Positions 27,392-35,221 of a DNA stretch of 64,000 bases are shown piece after piece. Numbering within the stretch: position 1 is the stretch's first letter; every line of letters begins with the position of its first letter. The position numbers were made by a program, and so were the translations under genes. Source of the DNA: a bacterium (GTDB lineage: Bacteria > Patescibacteriota > Minisyncoccia > Minisyncoccales > RBG-13-42-11); the NCBI GenBank assembly GCA_043817685.1, contig JBDRGQ010000004.1, positions 10,842-74,841 of the forward strand, given 5' to 3'. The notes below the pieces were generated by a model that saw nothing but the letters and a program-made list of their open reading frames with translations, was not told the DNA's origin and did not search any database.

Positions 27392-28156
27392 ATGTTTAAT
27401 TTATTTTATTCTGTATTCATTTTTCTTTTCGGGCTCATAGTCGGTTCTTTTTTAAATTGCATAGTTTATAGATTAGAAAGAAGAAAGAGTTTTTTACGAG
27501 GGCGTTCTTTTTGTCCTAAATGCAATCATGATTTAAATTGGATGGATTTAATCCCTATTTTAAGTTATGTGCTTTTAGCCGGTAAGTGTAGATATTGTAA
27601 AGAAAAAATATCTCTCCATTATCCTGTTGTAGAATTAATTACTGGAGCTTTATTTCTTTCCGTCTTTTTAATGGGTGGTGGTATTTTTGAAATAATTTTT
27701 AATTCCATCATTGTTTCTCTTTTAATTATTATTTTTATTTTTGATTTTAAACATTACATTATCCCAGACAGAATTGTTTATTTGGCTATTCTAATAAGTT
27801 TGGTTTGGCTACTTTATATTAAAGTAGATATATTAACTACTATTTATGCTCTTTTGGTTTCTTTTGGGTTTTTATTGTTAATAGTATTAGTCTCTAAAGG
27901 GAAATGGATGGGGATGGGAGATGTGAAGTTGGCCCTTTTTATGGGTTTATTTTTAGGTTGGCCGAATGTTTTGGTCGCTTTATTTTCGGCTTTTCTCTTA
28001 GGATCTATAGTTGGAGTCTTTTTGATATTAAACAGGAGAAAATCTCTTTCTTCTGAAATTCCTTTTGGTCCGTTTTTAGTGATAGGCACCTTAGTGGCTC
28101 TTTTTAAGGCAGAAGATCTTATAAATTGGTACCTTGCCCTATTTTTGATACAATAG
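27392..28156 (+). CDS. pilD: Prepilin peptidase (A24, PilD/ComC-like)
   Basis: GSFLN, RSFCPKC, GKCRYC, D...IIPD, MGMGDVKL and IPFGPFL motifs. Confidence 0.92.
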   Translation: MFNLFYSVFIFLFGLIVGSFLNCIVYRLERRKSFLRGRSFCPKCNHDLNWMDLIPILSYVLLAGKCRYCKEKISLHYPVVELITGALFLSVFLMGGGIFEIIFNSIIVSLLIIIFIFDFKHYIIPDRIVYLAILISLVWLLYIKVDILTTIYALLVSFGFLLLIVLVSKGKWMGMGDVKLALFMGLFLGWPNVLVALFSAFLLGSIVGVFLILNRRKSLSSEIPFGPFLVIGTLVALFKAEDLINWYLALFLIQ

Positions 28157-28160
28157 AAAA

Positions 28161-28724
28161 ATGAAAGACAAAGGATTCACTTTAATAGAATTAGTTGTAG
28201 TTATTGCTATTATCAGTATTCTTTCTACTGTTTTTTTGACTAATTATCGTGGAGGAGATAGTGAATTCTCTTTAAAAAGATCTGCCCATAAACTGGCTCA
28301 AGACATAAGGAGCATTCAGGAAAAAAGCATAGCTACCAAAGAATTTAAAGGAGAGTTCCAGGGAGGATTTGGAATTTATTTAACAGAAGGATCTAATCAG
28401 TACGTGCTTTTTGTTGATTGTAATGGCGATGGAATATATAACGGGAGTCTTTTGTCTTGTTCTGACTGCACAGGAGGGTCCTGTATTGAAAACAGATACA
28501 CAGAAGAGATTGAAACACTTTCGTTTGAAGAAGGAGTTTCTGTTTCAACCATATCTTCTTCTGGCGGTAATTTCTTTGTGGTTTTTAATCCACCCGATCC
28601 AACAGTTACTTTTACTCCAGACGATACGGAAGTATCAATCAATCTTCAGGCTCAGGTGGCTGGAAGTCCAAAAAATAAAACAGTGAAGCTTAATAAAGCA
28701 GGGTTAATAAGCGTATTACAATGA
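28161..28724 (+). CDS. Type IV pilin-like protein (FimT/FimU-like minor pilin)
   Basis: Class III signal KG|FTLIELVVVIAII. Confidence 0.85.
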   Translation: MKDKGFTLIELVVVIAIISILSTVFLTNYRGGDSEFSLKRSAHKLAQDIRSIQEKSIATKEFKGEFQGGFGIYLTEGSNQYVLFVDCNGDGIYNGSLLSCSDCTGGSCIENRYTEEIETLSFEEGVSVSTISSSGGNFFVVFNPPDPTVTFTPDDTEVSINLQAQVAGSPKNKTVKLNKAGLISVLQ

Positions 28725-29218
28725 AGAAAGGATTTACTTTAATAGAAGTCTTATTTGGGATTTTTATCCTTACCGTTTCTGCTTTTGGAGCTTTTTCTTT
28801 AATTCAAAGCAATTTAGTTTCTGCTTCTTTAAATAAATCAAAACTCACAGCTTATTACTTGTCTCAAGAAGGAATAGAGTTAGTTAGAAACATAAGAGAT
28901 GGAAATTGGCTGGAAAAAAGAACCATTCCTGGCGTTAATTGGAACGATGGTTTAGATGTCGGAGAATGGGAAATAGATTATAATGATGGGTCTTTGATTG
29001 CTTATTCAGGTAGATATCTTTATATAGAGGATGCTACTAAACTTTTTGCCTATATAAATGAACCATCCGCTAATGATGAAAAAAGTAAATTTCAAAGAAA
29101 GATAACTATTAGTAATTTGGGAGCTGAGATTATTGAAGCGTCCGTTATTATTTATTGGGCAGAGAGAGGGAGAACTCATGAAGTAGAAGTTATTAGTCAC
29201 TTGTCTAACTGGAGATAA
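28721..29218 (+). CDS. Type IV pilin-like protein (PilV-like minor pilin)
   Basis: KG|FTLIEVL signal, then AYYLSQEGIELVRNIRD. Confidence 0.85.
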   Translation: MKKGFTLIEVLFGIFILTVSAFGAFSLIQSNLVSASLNKSKLTAYYLSQEGIELVRNIRDGNWLEKRTIPGVNWNDGLDVGEWEIDYNDGSLIAYSGRYLYIEDATKLFAYINEPSANDEKSKFQRKITISNLGAEIIEASVIIYWAERGRTHEVEVISHLSNWR

Positions 29219-29219
29219 A

Positions 29220-29783
29220 ATGAATAAAAATGGATACACTTTAATAGAGGTTTTAGCCGCAGTAACCATATTTTTTATAACAACCGCTTCTTTGGTCAGC
29301 TTTTTTACTGGAGCCGTAAAAAGCCAGAGAGAGGCTCTGGCTTCCCAGGAATTAATAGATAATACTTCTTATTCTCTAGAATATATGAGTAGGGCTTTAA
29401 GAATGGCCAAAAAAGATGATATAGGCAGTATAGATTGTTTAACGGGGAGCAAGGTTAATTACGAGCTTACTAGAACTGGCGCAGGAGTAAAATTCAGAAA
29501 TTATAGTAATTATTGTCAGGAGTTTTTCTTAGAAAATGGCAGGTTAAAAGAGTGGAAAGATGTTGAAGGTGTAATAAGTGAAAATTATTTAACTTCTGAA
29601 AATATAGAAGTAACTTATTTTACTATTGGTCCTTCTAGCTCTTGGGATCAGGACGATGATGAACAGCCGAAACTTACAATATTTATGGAAATAAGAGGGC
29701 TACTTACTAATTCGACTCCAACCCAGCCAGTTGTTAAAATTCAAACCACTATTTCTCAAAGAAATCCAGATGTTAGATATTAA
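29220..29783 (+). CDS. Type IV pilin-like protein (PilW-like minor pilin)
   Basis: NG|YTLIEVL signal, LEYMSRALRMA and C-terminal IQTTISQR. Confidence 0.85.
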   Translation: MNKNGYTLIEVLAAVTIFFITTASLVSFFTGAVKSQREALASQELIDNTSYSLEYMSRALRMAKKDDIGSIDCLTGSKVNYELTRTGAGVKFRNYSNYCQEFFLENGRLKEWKDVEGVISENYLTSENIEVTYFTIGPSSSWDQDDDEQPKLTIFMEIRGLLTNSTPTQPVVKIQTTISQRNPDVRY

Positions 29784-30123
29784 AGAAAAAAAAGGAATAT
29801 CATTAATTTTTGTCATTCTGATAGTCAGCGTTATTTTAAATATTGCTTTTGGTGTAAGCAGTATATTAATGACTCAGATCAAGGTACTGAGGGAGATAGG
29901 ATATTCTGTAGTTGCTTTTTACGCTGCAGATAGCGGAATAGAAAATGTTTTATTAACTAGACCGCCTGTTGATATATTAGAAACAGATTTGGGGAATGGC
30001 GCGATATTTAAAGTAGAGGTAATCTCCGGGGGAGAGGGTAGCTGTAGTCCCATTTTGAATTATTGTATTAAATCTATAGGCAGCTATAATGCTGCAAAAA
30101 GAGCCATAGAAATAATATATTAA
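29770..30123 (+). CDS. PilX-like minor pilin (no Glu5)
   Basis: KKG|ISLIFVILIV, AFYAADSGIE and IKSIG...KRAIEI. Start placed at ATG 29770. Confidence 0.8.
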   Translation: MLDIKEKKGISLIFVILIVSVILNIAFGVSSILMTQIKVLREIGYSVVAFYAADSGIENVLLTRPPVDILETDLGNGAIFKVEVISGGEGSCSPILNYCIKSIGSYNAAKRAIEIIY

Positions 30124-30138
30124 TCTTTTATCCTTGTT

Positions 30139-30158
30139 TCCCCTTTTGGGGATTTTTT
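30139..30158 (+). terminator. Putative terminator after the pilin operon
   Basis: TCCCC-tttt-GGGGA followed by T6. Confidence 0.55.
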
Positions 30159-30201
30159 GTTTAGGATGTAAAATAGACCCTTATTTTGATATAATATACA
30201 T

Positions 30202-32232
30202 ATGAATAAAACAGAAGTAAAACAAAGAATGGATAAGTTAAAAGAGATGATTTCGCATCATCGTTATTTGTATCATGTATTAGATAGGCAGGATTTGTCT
30301 GACGAGGCTTTTGATTCTCTGAAACACGAACTGTATATGTTAGAGAAAGATTATCCAGAATTTATTACTTTTGACTCACCGACTCAAAGAGTTGGAGGAG
30401 AACCATTAAAAAAATTTAAAAAAATTAATCATGAAATTCCAATGTTGTCTATAGAAGATATTTTTTTTGAAGAAGAATTGGCTGATTGGGTAAAATATAT
30501 TAAAAAATTAGAAAAAAATACTGATTTTGAGTATTTTGTTGAACCGAAAATTGATGGATTCGGAGTCTCATTAGTTTATGGGGACGGAATATTGCGTACA
30601 GGATCAACCAGAGGGAATGGAAAGATAGGAGAAGATGTTACTCAAAACTTAAAAACAGTAGAAAGTATTCCCTTAAAACTGGAGATAATGGATAAACTTC
30701 CCAATAAAGATATTGAAAATAAAACTAGAAGCTTAATTAATAATGGGAGAATTGAAATAAGGGGTGAAGTTTATATGGAAAAAGCTGATTTTAATGAATT
30801 TAATAAAAAATTAGAGAAAAAAGGAGAAAAACCGTTTGCTAATCCAAGAAACTTGGCAGCAGGTTCAATTAGGCAATTAAACCCTAAATTAGCAGCTTCT
30901 AGGCCCTTAAAATTCCTTGGATACGATATAGTAACTGATATGCTTCAAACTAAACACTCAGAAGAACATCAAATATTAACTGCTTTAGGCTTTAAATCCA
31001 CTAATGGTAAAATATGTAAGAATTTGTTCAATATAGTTAATTTTTGGAAAGAAATAGCAAAAAAAAGAAATAATCTTCCCTATCAGATTGATGGAACAGT
31101 ATTGTCTGTTAATAACAATAAAATATTTAAAAAATTAGGTGTAGCGGGCAAAAGCCCAAGGGGAATTAGGGCTTTTAAATTTGCTCCTAAACAATCTACA
31201 ACCAAAATCTTAGATATAAAAGTTCAAGTTGGAAGAACTGGGGCTATAACTCCCATAGCGATTTTAAAACCAGTTAAAATAGAGGGAGTTACTATTACAA
31301 GAGCCACTCTTCACAATGAATCAGAAATTAAACGGCTTGGAGTCAAAATTGGCGATACTGTAGTTGCAGAAAGAGCAGGAGATGTAATACCCGCTATTTC
31401 TAAAGTAATAAAAGAACTTAGAACAGGAAAAGAAAAAGAATTCTCATTCCCTAAAAAATGCCCAATATGCGAAACGAAATTAATAAAACCAGAAGATGAG
31501 GCAGTTTGGCGTTGTACAAATACTAAATGTCCTGCTAGAAAAAAAGAGATTTTATACCATTTTGTTTCAAAGAAAGCTTTTGACATTGTTGGAATGGGTC
31601 CTAAAATAGTTGAAAAATTAATAACAGAAAAATTAATCTTTCAACCAGCCGATATATTTGAACTAAAAGAAGGAGATTTAGTCCCTTTAGAAAAATTTGC
31701 AGAAAAATCTTCTAAAAACTTAATAAAATCAATTGAGAAAAGTAAAAAGATTGAATTATCTAAATTTATTTTCTCTTTAGGCATAAGGCATGTTGGTGAG
31801 GAGACGGCTATAGATTTAGCAAATAATTTTGGTACGATAGAAAAATTAAAAAAAGCAAAAAAAGAAGAGTTAATAAAAATTCCAGAGGTTGGTGATAAGG
31901 TTGCAGAAAGTATATATAATTGGTTTCAGTCAAAAGAAAGCAATAAATTTCTAGATAGTCTTTTAAGAGTCGGTATTAACATTATTGTTCCCCAAAAAAG
32001 AGGAAGAAAATTAGAAGGAAAGCTATTTGTGTTAACGGGCTCTTTGGATAATATGGCTAGAAATGAAGCTGAAAAACGAATAAGATCTTTAGGGGGCAAT
32101 CCTTCTGGTTCTGTGTCTAAAAATACCAACTATTTAGTAGTAGGTTCAAATCCCGGTTCAAAATTAGCTGAGGCTGAGAAACTGGGCGTAAAAGTTATTA
32201 GAGAAAAGCAATTCTTATCTTTGATCAAATAA
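30202..32232 (+). CDS. ligA: NAD-dependent DNA ligase
   Basis: SPTQRVG, EPKIDG, NPRNLAAGS, zinc finger, HhH repeats and BRCT. Confidence 0.97.
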   Translation: MNKTEVKQRMDKLKEMISHHRYLYHVLDRQDLSDEAFDSLKHELYMLEKDYPEFITFDSPTQRVGGEPLKKFKKINHEIPMLSIEDIFFEEELADWVKYIKKLEKNTDFEYFVEPKIDGFGVSLVYGDGILRTGSTRGNGKIGEDVTQNLKTVESIPLKLEIMDKLPNKDIENKTRSLINNGRIEIRGEVYMEKADFNEFNKKLEKKGEKPFANPRNLAAGSIRQLNPKLAASRPLKFLGYDIVTDMLQTKHSEEHQILTALGFKSTNGKICKNLFNIVNFWKEIAKKRNNLPYQIDGTVLSVNNNKIFKKLGVAGKSPRGIRAFKFAPKQSTTKILDIKVQVGRTGAITPIAILKPVKIEGVTITRATLHNESEIKRLGVKIGDTVVAERAGDVIPAISKVIKELRTGKEKEFSFPKKCPICETKLIKPEDEAVWRCTNTKCPARKKEILYHFVSKKAFDIVGMGPKIVEKLITEKLIFQPADIFELKEGDLVPLEKFAEKSSKNLIKSIEKSKKIELSKFIFSLGIRHVGEETAIDLANNFGTIEKLKKAKKEELIKIPEVGDKVAESIYNWFQSKESNKFLDSLLRVGINIIVPQKRGRKLEGKLFVLTGSLDNMARNEAEKRIRSLGGNPSGSVSKNTNYLVVGSNPGSKLAEAEKLGVKVIREKQFLSLIK

Positions 32233-32233
32233 A

Positions 32234-33322
32234 ATGGACACAATAAACCATTTGAAAAAATTAGACTGGATACTAATTTTATCAGCCATTATATTGGTTG
32301 CCTTTGGGCTAATATCTATTTATAGTTCTTCTTTGGGGGAGGGAGATTTTTTAAATTTCCATAAGCAAATATTATTTTTCGGTATAGGAATTTTGTTAAT
32401 GTTCTTTTTCAGTTTTTTTGATTGGAGAATCTTTAAAGATAATTCTTATTTAATCCTTACTCTTTATTTTATTTGTTTACTTTTATTAATAGGATTATTT
32501 TTCTTTGCCCCGGAAATCAGGGGAGTGAAAAGTTGGTATAAAGTTGGCTCTTTTTCAATTGATCCTATAGAGTTCGCAAAAATAATTTTAATAATTTTAT
32601 TAGCAAAATATTTCTCTACAAGACATGTCGAAATGTATCAGATAAGACATATTTTAGTTTCTGGTTTTTATGTTTTATTGCCAGTGCTTTTAATTTTTTT
32701 CCAACCAGATTTTGGCTCAGTTATAATTTTAATTGCTTTATGGGTTGGAGTTTTAATAATTTCTGGGATTAAACTTCCTCACTTTTTATTATTATTATTT
32801 TGTGGAATTTTAATTTTAACTCTTACTTGGATGTTTTTAATGAAAGATTATCAAAAAGATAGAATTATTAATTTTATTTCTCCAACTGATCCTTTGGGCT
32901 CTGGATGGAGTCAGAATCAAGCAAAAATTGCAGTGGGTTCGGGAGGATTAATTGGTCAAGGAATCGGATCCGGCTCTCAAACGCAATACGGATTCTTACC
33001 AGAACCGCAAACAGATTTTATATTTGCTGCCATAGCAGAAGAAACGGGATTGGCGGGTGTATTTCTTGTTTTTTCGTTTTTTAGTGTTTTATTTTGGAGA
33101 ATAGCTAAAATAATTTTTGATACAAAGAGTAATTTTCCAAGATTATTCGCTATGGGGTTTTCTGTAGTCTTAATTTCACAGATTTTTATCCATATTGGTA
33201 TGAATTTAGGAATAACTCCTATTATTGGGATATCACTTCCTTTTATTAGTTATGGAGGAAGTGGTTTAATAGCTAATTTTGTCGCTTTAGGCATACTTTT
33301 AAACATTAAAAATACGAAGTAA
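32234..33322 (+). CDS. rodA: SEDS family peptidoglycan polymerase (RodA/FtsW)
   Basis: QPDFGS, IAVGSGG..G.G, LPEPQTDFIF and LPFISYGGS motifs. RodA preferred over FtsW from YQKDRI and GxQTQYGFLPE. Confidence 0.82.
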   Translation: MDTINHLKKLDWILILSAIILVAFGLISIYSSSLGEGDFLNFHKQILFFGIGILLMFFFSFFDWRIFKDNSYLILTLYFICLLLLIGLFFFAPEIRGVKSWYKVGSFSIDPIEFAKIILIILLAKYFSTRHVEMYQIRHILVSGFYVLLPVLLIFFQPDFGSVIILIALWVGVLIISGIKLPHFLLLLFCGILILTLTWMFLMKDYQKDRIINFISPTDPLGSGWSQNQAKIAVGSGGLIGQGIGSGSQTQYGFLPEPQTDFIFAAIAEETGLAGVFLVFSFFSVLFWRIAKIIFDTKSNFPRLFAMGFSVVLISQIFIHIGMNLGITPIIGISLPFISYGGSGLIANFVALGILLNIKNTK

Positions 33323-33339
33323 TTAAGGGGAATCTTCTA

Positions 33340-33435
33340 ATATCCGATAGGGCCTATTTTATCCACAGTTTTACTTGACTGCGGGTTTTTTTTAAGAGAA
33401 AATATAGTAATATATTTTTCTTAAGTATCGGATAT
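33340..33435. promoter_or_regulatory. Regulatory region with nested inverted repeats and one DnaA box
   Basis: ATATCCGATA...TATCGGATAT (10-bp inverted repeat), TTATCCACA at 33359-33367, and TTAAGAGAAAATATA-gtaa-TATATTTTTCTTAA. Confidence 0.5.
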
Positions 33436-33447
33436 CAAATATCAAAA

Positions 33448-34191
33448 ATGGAGGGAGAAATTACTAATTATATATCACTTCAGCAAGCAACAAACTACTG
33501 TGATTATACTCAAGAGTACTTATCTTTAAGGGCGAGACAAGGAAAATTAAAAGCTGTAAAATTCGGGAGAAATTGGGTTACGAGAAAAGAATGGTTGGAT
33601 GAATATTTACAACAAGTAGAAGAGTACAATAACAATTTAAATGGGAATGGTAACGGGAAAAAAGTTTTGATCTCTGAAAAGAAAAATATTTTCCCGCCAA
33701 AAAATTTACCAATCGCAAAATCCGAGCCGGTATCAAATTTAAGATTTGCATTTTCAATGATACTGGTTTTTGTTTTGTTAACCACTAATAGTGTTTTTGG
33801 AAAAACATCTTTCCAAAATGTTTTCAATAATTTAGATCCATACGTCAAAGAAATTGCTTTATCTGGTGATTTGTTAATGCAACAGTATGGTGAAAGTTTT
33901 GAAAATGTTTACCAACAAATAAATTCCTTCAGTGATAAATTTGCAAACGCTAATTATCAAACTGCAGAAATTGGAGGATTGTTTCAAGAATATGGAAAAT
34001 GGATTTCCGGTCAGTTTAGAGAAATACAAGATGTTTTTGTCGGCGGTTATAAAACTGCAAACAATTCTGTCGAAAATTATTTAGGTGGTTTCGAAGGGTC
34101 AATAGTTTCAATGTATAAAAAAGCTAATGAGTTCACAGAAAATGTATTGGCCAATTTCAGAAGTTCTGTAGTAACAACCCACTTTAAATAA
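33448..34191 (+). CDS. Membrane-anchored protein with N-terminal excisionase/MerR-like (HTH_17-type) DNA-binding domain
   Basis: YISLQQA...YLSLRARQGKLKAVKFGRNWVT HTH, one hydrophobic segment (FAFSMILVFVLL), then a helical C-terminus. Confidence 0.65.
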   Translation: MEGEITNYISLQQATNYCDYTQEYLSLRARQGKLKAVKFGRNWVTRKEWLDEYLQQVEEYNNNLNGNGNGKKVLISEKKNIFPPKNLPIAKSEPVSNLRFAFSMILVFVLLTTNSVFGKTSFQNVFNNLDPYVKEIALSGDLLMQQYGESFENVYQQINSFSDKFANANYQTAEIGGLFQEYGKWISGQFREIQDVFVGGYKTANNSVENYLGGFEGSIVSMYKKANEFTENVLANFRSSVVTTHFK

Positions 34192-34192
34192 T

Positions 34193-34828
34193 ATGCAAAA
34201 GCTATTAACTAAAACTAAAGAATTGGCAATAGACATGTTTTTTCCGAAAAGATGCTTTAACTGCGGGAAAGAAGGTGAATATATATGTAGAGATTGCGGT
34301 TTATTTCTTTTAGAAACGCCCAATTTAAAGGATATAGGAGGATTGGAAGAATTAGTTAGTGTTTGGGAATATGAGGGAATAATGAAGAAGATTATTAACG
34401 AATCTAAGAAAAATGGAATTTTTGATGTGTTCAACGAATTAATAGATAAGGCATTCAGAGTGAGAGAAAGCAATCTTCCAGAAGACGTATTTATTACTTT
34501 TGTTCCGATGGATAAGAAAGAGGAAAAGAGAATAGGTTTTAATCAATCAAAGCTAATAGCTAAGCGCTTGGGAGAAAAAACAGACAGAAAAGTTATTTCT
34601 TTATTAAGCAAAAAAATAGCTAAAAAACAGGGTGGTTTAGATAGAGAAGCAAGGATTGAGAATGTAAAAGATAAGTTTTACATGAAAGATACGGATTTTA
34701 TTCCTGAGAAAGTGATATTAGTGGACGATATTTGGGTGAGCGGAGCGACAATGACAGAATGTGGCAAGATATTAAAAGAAAACGGAGTTAAAAAGGTCTG
34801 GGGATTTACATTAACAAGATTAGTTTAA
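34193..34828 (+). CDS. comF: ComF family protein (zinc ribbon plus PRTase)
   Basis: FPKRCFNC...ICRDC, RIGFNQS and VILVDDIWVSGATM motifs. Confidence 0.9.
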   Translation: MQKLLTKTKELAIDMFFPKRCFNCGKEGEYICRDCGLFLLETPNLKDIGGLEELVSVWEYEGIMKKIINESKKNGIFDVFNELIDKAFRVRESNLPEDVFITFVPMDKKEEKRIGFNQSKLIAKRLGEKTDRKVISLLSKKIAKKQGGLDREARIENVKDKFYMKDTDFIPEKVILVDDIWVSGATMTECGKILKENGVKKVWGFTLTRLV

Positions 34829-34833
34829 TATAT

Positions 34834-35130
34834 ATGTTAACTATATTTATTGCGGCATTCGGAGGAGGTTTGTTAAGAGGATTGGTGGGATTCATAAAGC
34901 ACCAGTTTTCTTACAAAAACGTTGGTTTTAGATTTACTTATTTTACTGGGATGATGTTTGTTTCTGGAATCGTAGGATCTGTAGTTGCTCTAGCCATAAA
35001 AGAACTAGGGTTTACCTTATTGGGAGAATTCACTCCGGCTTTAGGATTTATAATAGGATATGCTGGGGGAGATTTTATTGAAAACATTTATAAAATTATT
35101 ATAAAAAAATCAAATCTTTACGAAAAATGA
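34834..35130 (+). CDS. Small 3-TM membrane protein, unknown function
   Basis: 98 aa with Gly-rich TM helices (GGGLLRGLVG, GYAGGDFIE) and a basic C-terminus. Confidence 0.7.
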   Translation: MLTIFIAAFGGGLLRGLVGFIKHQFSYKNVGFRFTYFTGMMFVSGIVGSVVALAIKELGFTLLGEFTPALGFIIGYAGGDFIENIYKIIIKKSNLYEK

Positions 35131-35162
35131 AGCTGTTGAAAACAAACCTAAACAGCTTTTTT
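35130..35162 (+). terminator. Rho-independent terminator
   Basis: AAGCTGTT...AACAGCTT 8-bp stem followed by a T-run. Confidence 0.65.
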
Positions 35163-35221
35163 AGGATAAACCTCAACAATTGTAAATTGGAAATTATTAA
35201 TTAAAAAGGTATAATAATTTT

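Noticed and set aside
33359-33367. Replication origin at the DnaA box
   Set aside because: Only one perfect box seen, in a short intergenic region, with no dnaA or dnaN nearby.
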